Assembly (NCBI RefSeq): GCF_963921235.1
Contig: NC_086101.1
Span: forward strand, 190,526,001-190,590,000
DNA: 64,000 bases
DNA from: Mobula hypostoma
Taxonomy: Eukaryota
Direction: 5' to 3'
Below, in pieces: positions 1 to 10,264 of this stretch. The stretch's first letter is position 1; every line of letters begins with the position of its first letter. Below the pieces are notes generated by a model. The model had not been told where the DNA came from. It was given only the letters and a program-made list of their open reading frames with translations, and made no database searches. Position numbers and translations under genes: made by a program.

Positions 1-340
1 AGCTGCAACACTACCTCACAACTGTAGAATTCAATACCCTGACTAATGAAAGCCAACACAACGTACACCTTCTCAATCAACCTATCAACTTGCATAGCAA
101 CTTTGAGGGGTCTATGGACGTGAAACCCAAGATCCACCTGTTCTTCCACACTGCTAAGAATCTTTCCATTAACCCTGTGCTCTACCTTCAAGTCCAAGCT
201 TCTAAAGTGAATCACCTCACACTTTTCTGATTGAACAGCATCTGCCACTTTGCAGCCCAGCTCTCTAGCCTGTCAATGTCCTATTATAATCTACGACAAA
301 CGTCTACACTATCCACAACCAATCTACCACAAAGGTGACG
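1..340 (-). mobile_element. Decayed CR1 LINE RT C-terminal fragment
   Basis: Reverse complement resembles the CR1 RT region seen intact elsewhere in the window (e.g. 14382-15197); heavily diverged. Confidence 0.6.
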
Positions 341-352
341 CATTATATTATT

Positions 353-949
353 TCGCTGAACACCTACGCTCTGTCGGCCAGAGAAAGCAGGATCTCCCAG
401 TGGCCACACATTTTAATTCCACGTCCCATTCCCATTCTGATATGTCTATCCACGCCTCTCTACTGTAAAGACGAAGCCACACTCAGGTTGGAGGAACAAC
501 ACCTTATATTCTGTCTGGGAAGCCTCCAACCTGATGGCATGAACATTGACTTCTCAAACTTCCACTAATGCCCCACCTCCCCCTCGTACCCCATCCGTTA
601 TTTATTTATTTACATACACATTTTCTTTATCTCTCGCTCCTTTTTCTCCCTCTGTCCCTCTCACTATACCCCTTGCCCATCCTCTGGGCTTCCCCCCACC
701 CCTTTTCTTTCTCCCTAGGCCTCCTGTCCCATGATCCTCTCATATCCCTTTTGCCAATCACCTGTCCAGCTCTTGGATCCATCCCTCCCCCTTTGGATCT
801 CCCCCTCCCCCTCCCACTTTCAAATCTCTTACTAGCTCTTCCTTCAGTTAGTCCTGACGAAGGGTCTCGGCCCGAAACGTTGACTGTACCTCTTCCTAGA
901 GATGCTGCCTGGCCTGCTGCGCTCACCAGCAACTTTGATGTGTGTTGCT
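353..949 (+). mobile_element. Penelope-like element (PLE) 3' fragment: GIY-YIG C-terminus plus 3' pseudo-LTR
   Basis: Encodes FAEHLRSVGQRKQDLPVATHFNSTSHSHSDMSIH...LEEQHLIFCLGSLQPDGMNIDFSNF (frameshifted). Flanked by ttatattatt (343-352) / ttatatcatt (950-959) TSD. Confidence 0.9.
849..886 (+). ncRNA. Minimal type I hammerhead ribozyme motif (GUU cleavage-triplet variant)
   Basis: TAGTC-CTGACGA-A-GGG tctcgg CCC-GAAAC-GTT-GACTG; stem I TAGTC/GACTG, stem II GGG/CCC. Confidence 0.65.
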
Positions 950-1079
950 TTATATCATTGAATGGTGAAGCAGGTTGCAGGCTCCATTTGGTTGACTCCT
1001 GACCCTCGATTTTATGCTCTAAGGTGACCAAGAAGCACAGCAGATGTTCAGAAAGTTTCCACATATAACAATAAAGCAG

Positions 1080-1810
1080 TAACACATGAAAAACTGGAGG
1101 AACTATGTGCGTCAGGAGGGAAATAGGCAGATGATGTTTTGGGTTGAGACCGTTCATCAGGACTGGAAATAAAGAGGAGAGATAGACAGTATAAAGAGGG
1201 TAAAGAGGAGGGGGGAGGGATGGAACAAGAGCTGGTGGGTGACAGATGAAATGAGGTGTGATTGGCAGGTCAGGGATGGATATCACTGGCAATGATGCAA
1301 GAAGCTGGAGGTGAGAGGTGGAGATCATAAAGGGTTGAAAAGGATGGAATCTGTTAGGAGCGGACGGTGGACCATGGAATCTGTTAGTAGCAGACAGTGG
1401 ACCATGAAATAAAGGGAAGGAAGTGAGGAGGGGAACTGGAGAGTGGAATGTGCGAGCAGGCAGGAAGAGTGATGAGGTTAGTAATTACTGATCAAAATGG
1501 GGCAGAGGGGAGTGGTTACCAGAAGCTAAAGAAAATGATGTTCATACTTCAGGTTGGAGACTACCAAGGCAGGATATGAGATGGTTGTTCCTGGCAATAG
1601 TGGAGGCGATGAACAGACATATTGGTGTAGAAATGGGAATTGGAATTTAGTTGCAGAAGGGTCCTGGTGTGACAGCAGCAGGGAAGGAAGGAGTTCAGTG
1701 AAGTGAACCCAAATCTATGTTGGGTCTCCTGGATATAGAGGAGGCTGCTTTGGATACAATACATGATACTGATGCATCGCCATGTGAGGGACTGTTTCAC
1801 CACCTGCACA
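1080..1810 (-). mobile_element. Old, decayed PLE copy (pseudo-LTR plus GIY-YIG remnant)
   Basis: ORF 1561-1809 keeps SIMYCIQSSLLYIQETQHRF, a degenerate form of VIYCVRC..GLLYIGETRRRL. Degenerate hammerhead antisense at ~1130-1165. Confidence 0.7.
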
Positions 1811-2154
1811 GTAAAGTAAGGACAATGTCAACTGTTTTATTGATGTTGCTTGAGATATTGGCCAAGTCATCAGGAAGAAACCCTCTGCTGCTTTTGCAGA
1901 TGGTACTATGGGGTCTTTTCTGATCACTTTAGTGAGCTAACTGGAGCATTGTTTATCAGCTCATCTGAAGGAAGCCACTTCCAATGGGGCAAGACTCTGT
2001 TAGTGTCTTTCAGTGTGGAGAGTGTGGGTAATTCTCTAGGGCAGGATTTGACAATATAATAGCCAGTGTTCAGTGGTAGGACATCTTGAGTTGTGTCATT
2101 TGTAGGGCGGGGGATAGATGAGGGTAACTACAACTTAACACTTTCAAAACAGCT

Positions 2155-2420
2155 GGCGGCACAGTGGCATAGTGGTTAGCTTAACGCTTTACAGTGCCAG
2201 TGATTAGCGACTGCCGTTCAATTCCTGCCACTCTCTGTAAAGAATTGAATGTTCTCCCCTTGACCACAAGGGCTTCCTCCGGGTGCCCTGGTTTCCACCC
2301 ACATTCCAAAGATGTTCAGGTTAGGGTTAGTAAGTTGTGGGCACTGTACCGTTGGTGGTGGAGGCATGGTGATACTTATAGGCTCCCCCAGCACAACTTT
2401 GGGCTGTATTGGTTGTTAAC
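2155..2420 (+). mobile_element. tRNA-derived SINE (HE1-like)
   Basis: A box TGGCATAGTGG (2165-2175) and B box GTTCAATTCC (2216-2225). Body shared with copies at about 16040-16400(-), 28790-29000, 29710-29900, 37945-38060, 49200-49430, 55120-55360, 56290-56700(-) and 58560-58800(-). Confidence 0.8.
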
Positions 2421-2424
2421 AAAA

Positions 2425-2840
2425 TTAGGCCAATTGGCCCATCAAGTCTGCTCCACAATTTCACCACGGCTCATCCATTTCCCTCTCAGCCCCAGTCTCC
2501 TACTTTCTCCCCGTAACCCTTCATGCCCTGACTGATCAAGAATCTATTAACCCTTGACTTGACTTGGCCCCCCACAGTCAACTGTGGCAACAAATTTCAC
2601 AGATTCACCACTCTCTGGCTGAAAAAAGTCCTCCTCGCCTCCATTCTAAAGGGATGTCCCTCTATCCCGAGGCTGTGTCCTCTGGACCTAGACTCCCCCA
2701 CTATAGGAAACATCCTATCACAAATCCACTTGATCGAGGCCTTTCAACGTTCGAGAGGTTTCATTGAGATCACCCCTCATTCTTCTGCATTCCGATGAAT
2801 AGAGGCCCAGAGCCATAAAGTGCTCCTCATATGATAAACC
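2425..2840 (-). mobile_element. CR1 LINE 3' end
   Basis: Reverse complement of the CR1 3' region (RRMRGDLIE...VVNLW plus 3' UTR) seen in the other CR1 copies. Confidence 0.8.
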
Positions 2841-3240
2841 TTTCTATTTCACTGTATATTTTGACAAATTAAGTTCATCTTCTTACTAATGAATTGTTGG
2901 CAGCATTCCAGAGAAAAATGTTAAAGTGGGATGGGAGACCTCACAGAGCATTGGACTTAATAACCGTAAGGAGTATCCTTAAAGAAACTGGACATTACTG
3001 AATGCCTCAAGCAGAACTGGACAAAAGACCAAATAAGGAGAAAGCAAAAATGCAGGTGGCAGCTCAAAGAAAGATGTTCCCATGATTGGATTTGGACTTG
3101 GATGGGTTCCAATCGAGGGGAGGACAATGGGGGTGTGAAATTAATTGTATACTTTCAACAAATCAGTGGAAGCAGTAACATGTCTGTTAAGTGATGCTTT
3201 GTATTGAATAATCCACAAGCCAATTGGAACAGTTCCTCAC

Positions 3241-3657
3241 CTGTTACCATGAGAAGTGTTTGGGAGAAGTTATGGGCTGTCTGATTCCTGTGCACCTGCA
3301 GCTCCACAAGGCAAGTATACTGCGTATGGTCATCACAAGGTCTCAAACTCCTGATGATTATGGACACGTCGTTCCGCCGCGGACTCCCCACTAGTTGGAA
3401 GCGCTCCCCTGCACTCTCTTGGATCCAACTGGCAAACCCGTTGCCCGAAGGGTAATTGGTGTAATTGAGAAACCACTTGCCCGTCTTCTCTTCCCTCCAG
3501 CTGACGCTGATGTTCCCTCTGTATGCATGGTGAGGGTGAGTGAACGTGCAGAACAGAACCACTGGCTTTCCTACCCTCCCTATCACCGTGTCCGGGCTCT
3601 CCACACTCCATGTCACCACATCCGGTCTCTCCAGGCTCCTGCCATTACGATGGAGGC
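3241..3657 (-). CDS. Ig V-set exon of a Siglec-15-like protein (partial gene)
   Basis: 417 nt, phase 1 at both ends (tttgcag|GC ... ACA G|gtgagg). Translation GLHRNGRSLERPDVVTWSVESPDTVIGRVGKPVVLFCTFTHPHHAYRGNISVSWR...RFQLVGSPRRNDVSIIIRSLRPCDDHTQYTCLVEL...LLMVT. CTFTHPH and RF.L.G.PRRND.S match Siglec-15 as I recall it. No symbol given because orthology is uncertain. Confidence 0.85.
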
Positions 3658-3660
3658 CTG

Positions 3661-3730
3661 CAAAGTTCAAAGTAAATTAAATATTATCAAATTACATATA
3701 TTTGTCACCTTTATTAACCTGAGATTCAGT
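3661..3730 (-). mobile_element. 3' tail of a Rex1/Babar-type LINE abutting the V-exon splice acceptor
   Basis: caaagttcaaagtaaatt...tgtcacc...accctgagattca; the same terminus recurs at about 3985, 22145, 33310 and 33558. Confidence 0.75.
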
Positions 3731-3899
3731 TTATTTAATTTTATCTAGAGAGACAGTGTGGAATAGCCCTTTCCGATTCAGTGAGCCACACAGCCCAGAA
3801 ACCCACCTATTTAACTCTAGCCTAATCACAGGACAACTTACAATGACCAATTAACCTGCTAACCAGTATAACTGTGGAATGTGGGAAGAATATTCTTGC

Positions 3900-5040
3900 A
3901 GGCATTCACAATAAATACAAAGAAACAAAAGAGAATCAATGAAAAACTACAGACAAACAACCAATGTGTAAAAGACAACTTTTCAAAGTTCAAAGTAAAT
4001 GTATTAGCAAAGTACATGTATGTCACCATGTACTGTAGAACCCTGAGATTCATTTTCTTGCTGGCATACTCAATAAATCCATAATAAAATAATAATAATA
4101 ATAATTGAAAGAATAAAAGAACACACAAACTTGAGTGTTTAATCAGTGTGCAAAAGATATAAATTATTCAAATACGAAAAAGAAAGAAATAATAATAAGT
4201 AGACAACAAATATCAAGAACATGAGATGAAAAGCCCTTGAAAGGGAGTCCATAAGCTGTGCAAACATTTCAATGATGAAATGAAGTTGGGTAAGGTTATC
4301 CCCTTTGGCTCCAGAGCCTGATTGCAAACATTTCAATGCTGAAATGAAGTTGAGTAAGGTTATCCCCTTTGGCTCCAGAGCCTGAAAGCTGAGGGGTAAT
4401 AACGATTCCTAAACCTGGTGGTGAGAATCTTGATGCCCTGTACCTTCTTCCTGATGGCAGCAGTGGGAAGAGGGCATCTCCTGGACAGTGGTGAGCCTGA
4501 TGACGGGTACTGCTTTCCTGCAACAGTGTTTCATATAGGCGCGCTGAATGGTGGGGAAGGCTTTACCCGCGATGGACTGGGCCATATTCACTACTTTTTG
4601 TAGGATTTTCTGTTCCAGCGCATTGGTGTTTGCTCACCAGGCTGTGATGCAGCCAGTCAGTATACTGTCCACCACATATCTATAGAAGTTTGTCAAAGTT
4701 TTAGATGTGATGCTGAATCTTTGCAAACTCCTAAGGAAGTAGAGGCACTGCTGTGCTTTCTTCATGATTGCACTTGTGTGCTGGGTGTAAGACAGGTCAT
4801 CCAGGATAAAAACACTGAGGAATTTAAAGTTGCTGACCCTCTCCAACCCTGATCCTCTGATGGACCTTTGGTTTCCTCCTCCTCAAGTCAATTACAGGCT
4901 CCTTAGTCTCGCTGACATTGAGTAAGAAGTTGTTGTGATGGCACCACTCAAACAGATTTTCAATCTCCCTCCTATACGCCGGTTCGTCACCACCTTCCTT
5001 TTTGTGCAAATACAAAAAGACAAACAAAGTAAGAATAATA
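3900..5040 (-). mobile_element. Rex1/Babar-type LINE fragments (RT C-terminus plus 3' UTR)
   Basis: ORFs 4634-4846 and 4824-5060 give FLLNVSETKE..IDLRR, ERVSNFKFLSV and KKAQQCLYFLRSL. Contains a local 63-bp tandem duplication (4259-4385). Confidence 0.75.
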
Positions 5041-5046
5041 ATAGAT

Positions 5047-5872
5047 AACCTATCCCTCAACGTCAGTAAGACAAAGGAATTGGTTGTTGACTTCAGAAGG
5101 AGTAGCGGACCGCACGACCCAATTTACATCAGTGGTGTGCAAGTGGAACAGGTCAAAAGCTTTAAGCTCCTCGGGGTCAATATCACAAATGACCTGACTT
5201 GGTCCAACCAAGCAGAGTTCACTGCCAAGAAGGCTCACCAGCGCCTTTACTTCCTGAGAAAACTAAAGAAATTTGGCCTGTCCCCTAAAACCCTCACTAA
5301 TTTTTATAGATGCACCGTAGAAAGCATTCTTCTGGGGTGTATCACAACCTGGTATGGAAGTTGTCCTGTCCAAGACCGAAAGAAGCTGCAGAAGATCGTG
5401 AACACGGCTCAGCATATCACACAAACCAATCTTCCGTCCTTGGACTCACTTTGCACCGCATGCTGTCGGAGCAGTGCTGCCAGGATAATCAAGGACACGA
5501 CCCACCCAGCCAACACACTTTTAGTCCCTCTTCCCTCCGGGAGAAGGCTCAGGAGCTTGAAGACTCGTACGGCCAGATTTGGGAACAGCTTCTTTCCAAC
5601 TGTGATAAGACTGCTGAACGGATCCTGACCCGGATCTGGGCCGTACCCTCCAAATATCCGGACCTGCCTCTCAGTTTTTTTGCACTACCTTACTTTCCAT
5701 TTTTCTATTTTCTATTTATAATTTAAATTTTTAATATTTACTAATTTTTACCATTTTAAATATCTTTAATATTTGTAACCCAGGGAGCAGGAAGTGCAAA
5801 ATCAAATATCGCTGTGATGATTGTACGTTCTAGTATCAATTGTTTGGCGACAATAAAGTATAAAGTATAAAG
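5047..5872 (+). mobile_element. Young 5'-truncated Rex1/Babar-type LINE
   Basis: Uninterrupted frame LSLNVSKTKELVVDFRR...KKAHQRLYFLRKLKK...LPSGRRLRSLKTRTARFGNSFFP; (TAAAGTA)n tail at ~5855-5872. Confidence 0.85.
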
Positions 5873-6429
5873 ATAAATAAGGAATAAATAATATTGAGAA
5901 CATGAGTTGTAGTGACTTTGAAAGTGAGCTCATAGTCCTTCGGCAGAGCAGGAGAGGATTGGCACCAACCAAACCATTGAGTTGAACTTCAAGTGATGCA
6001 CTCCACCCTCTGCACAGTGTGCTGGGATCAATGCCATCCATTGCTGCATCAGATAGTCATCCTGGAGTCTCTGTTTGGTCACTTAAACCCACTACGTTGA
6101 GACTCAGAGGCAAGAATGGGACCCACTACACAAAACTAGCTTCCTCTTATAACAGCAGCAAAATGTGTAGGAGAACACAAGAGACTGTAGGTGCTAAAAT
6201 CTGCACCAACGCACAATCTGCAGCAGGAACTCAACATTGGTGGGGGGGAATCAAAGTTCGAAGTGTATTTATCAAAGTCTCCATATTATATAGAATCTTG
6301 AGATTTGTCTCCTTGCAGGCAGCCACAAAATAGAGAAACACAGTAGAACCAATTGAAGATGAAAACTGTCAAACACCCAACTGGCAAAAAAAAATCGTGC
6401 AAACAATAAAAAGCAAATAACAGAAGTTC

Positions 6430-6655
6430 GTGAAAGTGAGCAACACACACAAAATGCTGGAGGAACTCAGCAGACCAGGCAGCATCTGTGGAAAAAAGTA
6501 CAGTTGACGTTACAGGCCGAAACCCTTTGGCCGGACTGGAGTATGGTCTCAGCCCAAAACATGAACTGTACTTTTTTCCACAGATGCTGCCTGGTCCATT
6601 GAGTTCCTTCAGCATTTTGTGTGTTGCTCGGGTTTCCAGCATCTGAAGATTTTCT
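6430..6655. mobile_element. Older PLE pseudo-LTR inverted pair (fold-back)
   Basis: 6478-6505 is the exact reverse complement of 6564-6591 (28 bp); hammerhead core degenerate. Confidence 0.75.
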
Positions 6656-6724
6656 CTTATTCACGAAAGTGATGGAGCATAATCAATGGGCCGAATGGTC
6701 TAAATCTGTTCCTATGCCTTATGT

Positions 6725-6859
6725 NNNNNNNNNNNNNNNNNNNNNNNNNNNNNNNNNNNNNNNNNNNNNNNNNNNNNNNNNNNNNNNNNNNNNNNNNNNN
6801 NNNNNNNNNNNNNNNNNNNNNNNNNNNNNNNNNNNNNNNNNNNNNNNNNNNNNNNNNNN
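6725..6859. other. Assembly gap (135 N) next to an (AC)n-like tract
   Basis: Run of N followed by cacacatacacac. Confidence 0.98.
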
Positions 6860-7908
6860 CACACATACACACAAGTTTCACATCACACGTCGGTGATATT
6901 AAACCTGATTACTGATTCTGATTCGGAACACTGCGGGTAGTGGGTGTGTGGAATGAGCTGCCAGAGGAAGTGGTAAAAGTAGGTAAAACTACAGTGTTTA
7001 AAAAAGCACTTGGACAGGTACACGGGGGCAGGAAAGGGTTGGAGTTACATGGATCAAATGCAGGCAAAAGGGACTAATTCAGACAGACATCTCAATCGGC
7101 ACGTGCAAATTAGGCTGAAGGGCTTGTTTCCATGCTGTTTGCTTCACGGAGAAAAGGAAAGAAGATCCTGTGATGGTGTTTGATGAAACTAACAGAGCAA
7201 TGACTGACTGGGTTGAATGGTTTACTTCATTGCTGTGTGTTCCCCAGCCCCTCGATTATCAGTCATAAACCATTGTGGATTCCTCAGCCTGGTTGCCAGT
7301 GAATCATTAACCGGCTCCCAATACATTTATCCATGGTTTGTTACCAGAATGCTGTCAAACAAAAGGACATGAGAGAAACAAGAACCTGAAGTGGGAATAA
7401 CCTTTCCATCCCCTCGATTCTGACCTCCTGTTGGATAATATCGCAGCCCATCTTTTATTTCTGCCCCACTTTCTCGCTCTAGCCCCATACCTCTCAATTA
7501 CTTCAACATCCAAAAATCAATTCATTCCTCTCTCTAATGCTCTCGAATCCCTGTGCCCTCCGGGAGAAAGACTTCCGAAGTTTCTTCCCACTGGGAATGA
7601 TGAAGTATCTTCTCACCCCATCCCTCTAATGTTGAGACCGTTTCTCGCCTGCAGCATCTCAGTTTTCCCTCCACTGCTGCATTAGAAAGGCAAGAGATTT
7701 TCAAATCTCAGCACGGATTTCAAACGTTATGTTGGACTGCCCAGCTCGCCAAAGGGATTTGGTCGGTCCCAACACAGGGGGTTCTCAGCAAGTGAATGAG
7801 CTGATGGGTGGGTTTAGAGCTAACATAGTCCAGGATAAGAGGGTTAAACTCTGACCACATTTACTCCGGAGTGGAATAAGTTTGTGCCTCACACTGTGAG
7901 ATACTCAC

Positions 7909-7957
7909 CCCCAGTGGAAAAAACACAGACGATTATGCAGAGCAAGACAGCCAGCAT
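7909..7957 (-). CDS. Signal-peptide exon of the Siglec-15-like gene (MLAVLLCIIVCVFSTG-G)
   Basis: gacaATG context with an in-frame TAG just upstream; 16 mostly hydrophobic codons plus G; strong donor G|gtgagt. Phase 1 joins the V exon in frame (G|GC = Gly). Confidence 0.8.
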
Positions 7958-8059
7958 TGTCCACTACCACCCACCTCCAGGAGTCTGATCCTGGCTGCTT
8001 CTTCCTGAGCCACACCATCAGTCATTTCTCCGCCTCTGTAACCCTGTAAGTGCCAGGCT

Positions 8060-9085
8060 GATGTGTGAACCAAACACAGTACACTTCAGCACCCATAGCT
8101 TCTATGTACAGATGCACCACCGAAAGCTCTCTGTCTGGATGCATCAGGGCTTGGTGCGACAACGGCTCTGCCCGAGACCACAAGAAACTGCAGAGTTATG
8201 GACACAGTTCAGCACATCACAGACACCAGCTCCCCTCCGTGGACTCTGTGTTCAAGTTTACTGCCATCTGACTGTACATGTATACAACCAAACAAAACAA
8301 CATTCTTCCAGCCCGTGGTGTGCCCACAAACTTAGATCACACACAGCACATTAAATAAAATACTGTCACAAATAAGTTAATAAAATATAATTCAAAATGC
8401 ATGTAATGTGCAGCACAAGTATACATTAAACATCTCACTGTCCCAGTGACGAGATCTCAGTGGTGTCAGGGTATTCATTAGTCTTACAGTCTGAGGGAAG
8501 AAGCTGTTACCCAGTCCGGAAATCTTAGTCCTGATGTCTAGTACCTCCTTACTGATGTACCGGGTCAAAGAGATTGTGGATGGGTGGTAGGGATTCTCAA
8601 CAATGCTTCAGACCCTTTGATTACAATGCTCCTGGAAAATGTCCCAAACTGGGGGGAGGGAGACCCTGGTGATACTCTCGCCAGTCTTTACTGCCCTCTG
8701 CAGGTTCTTGCAGTCCGATGCCTTGCAGCTCCCGTACCACACAATGATGCAGCCAGACATGACATTCTCAATGGTGCTCCTGTAGAAAGTTGTTAAAATA
8801 CAGTGGGGAGTCTCCTCAGAAGGGGTAGATGACTAGTGAAGAGGTGTTGTGGGTTGTGGGTCAAGGTTAGATTGTCCATTATGTGCGCGTCAAGGAACTT
8901 CACTCTCTCCAGGGCAGAGCTATTGATGTGCAATGGAAAGTGGTCAATCTGTGCCTTCCTGAAGTCCACAATCACCTCTTTTGCCTTGTCCACATTGTGA
9001 CTCAGATTGTTGTTCTCACACCATTTCAGAAGACTCTCTACCAGCTCTCTGTATGAGTCCAAAAGCCATATAACCACAAAATTAC
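8060..9085. mobile_element. Decayed Rex1/Babar fragments in both orientations
   Basis: YRCTTESSLSGCIRAW (+) and WCENNNLSHNVDKAKEVIVDFRK (-) remnants. Confidence 0.7.
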
Positions 9086-9122
9086 CATAAATAAGTTAAT
9101 AAAATATAACTCACTCACTCAC

Positions 9123-9204
9123 CTGTGGGTCAACAACCCTTTGTCCTTGGAACCTGCTGACCGCTGTCCTTAAGCAGCAGCATCAGTGGTTTTGTCCTCC
9201 ATGC
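9123..9204 (-). other. Candidate non-coding 5' exon of the Siglec-like gene
   Basis: ctgcag|GC acceptor and CAG|gtgagt donor; 82 nt with stops in all three frames; unique sequence 1.2 kb upstream of the signal exon. Confidence 0.4.
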
Positions 9205-10141
9205 CTGCAGACCAGACCCACCGGTATCACTAGCCTTCAACATCACTGCACTTCAACTTGGACTCTGAAAACAGGCTCCTGCCCCTATCTCTTCATTTAT
9301 CGCCCCTGACCTCTAACTCCCCCTCATCCCTGCCCCTGAACCCCACACTTCATAAAAGGCTTGGCAGGTGGAAGCAGGAAAAATGTTACAAAATTCCATA
9401 AACACTCTGTTAAATCCATCCTTTTATTCCTAATTAAAATTAATTCAAGTTCCCCAGTTACTATGGTGGGATTTGACCTTGTGTCATTTGTTATTTCTGC
9501 CAGGGAGAAATAATAACATCAGTAACTTTGTTTTATTGTACCTGGCCTGGGAGTAGTCACTCAGTAATTTTTAATAGCTTTCTCTGCTTAAAGCAGGTAT
9601 TTTGAAGGCTTGCTGAGTGCAGGCAGAGGCCATTGTGCCCATCAGTACAATGGCAGCACTTTGTCTTGATAATTCCAACCAAATTCCACTGCCTGGGTTT
9701 CTTCCCTTAGTCTGCTCAATTTCTTAACCACCCTTCACACTCAACTCCTTACTCAACAATGAGTGAATCAGATGGGATGGTTCCCATTCAATTCAGTTTC
9801 CAATGAGTGGGCACGCCAGGGAAAGCAGACATGGAATTGTTACAACGTTGAGAGGGGTTCCAGGCGATTGAGTCTGTCAGCTCCTGGTAGAACAGTTCTT
9901 TGTCTGTCTCCATTACCCTGATAATGACTTTCACCCTGATCTATCTTATCCCCTGCAGAAAATTCCAATCCCCACTTGAACATTCCACGAATCACAGAGT
10001 CGTAGAGCAATCCAACATGAATACAGGCCCTTCAGCCCAACAAGACCATGCTGACCACCCTTCCAATCCCAACTTCCTGAATTCAGCCCACACCTCTACA
10101 AGCCTCACCCTTCTATGCACTAAAGTGATTCTTAAATGACT

Positions 10142-10264
10142 CTGGCAACACACATAAAAGTTGCTGGTGAACGCAGCAGGCTAGGCAGCATCTATAGGAA
10201 GAGGTACAGTCGACGTTTTGGGCCGAGACCCTTCGTCAGGACTAACTGAAAGAAGAGAAGAAAG
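10142..10264 (-). mobile_element. Short PLE 3'-terminal insertion with mutated hammerhead (GAAA>AAAA)
   Basis: 12-bp TSD tcttaaatgact (10130-10141 / 10265-10276). Confidence 0.85.

Noticed and set aside
627-1328. Long ORFs over PLE 3' regions (627-1328, 12533-12994, 42293-42973, 42233-42538)
   Set aside because: Antisense or alternative frames across low-complexity purine/pyrimidine pseudo-LTR sequence; no domain, and they run into unrelated flanks.
1920-2130. 69-codon open stretch on the minus strand (LPSSIPRPTNDTT...) as the next Siglec exon
   Set aside because: No C2 or TM features; the good acceptor is phase 0 and the phase-1 acceptor (ctcaag) lacks a pyrimidine tract.
9629-9654. Inverted SOX-like pair CCATTGT-N10-ACAATGG
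   Set aside because: Orientation and spacing do not fit SoxE dimer sites; an 8-bp stem is expected by chance in 64 kb.
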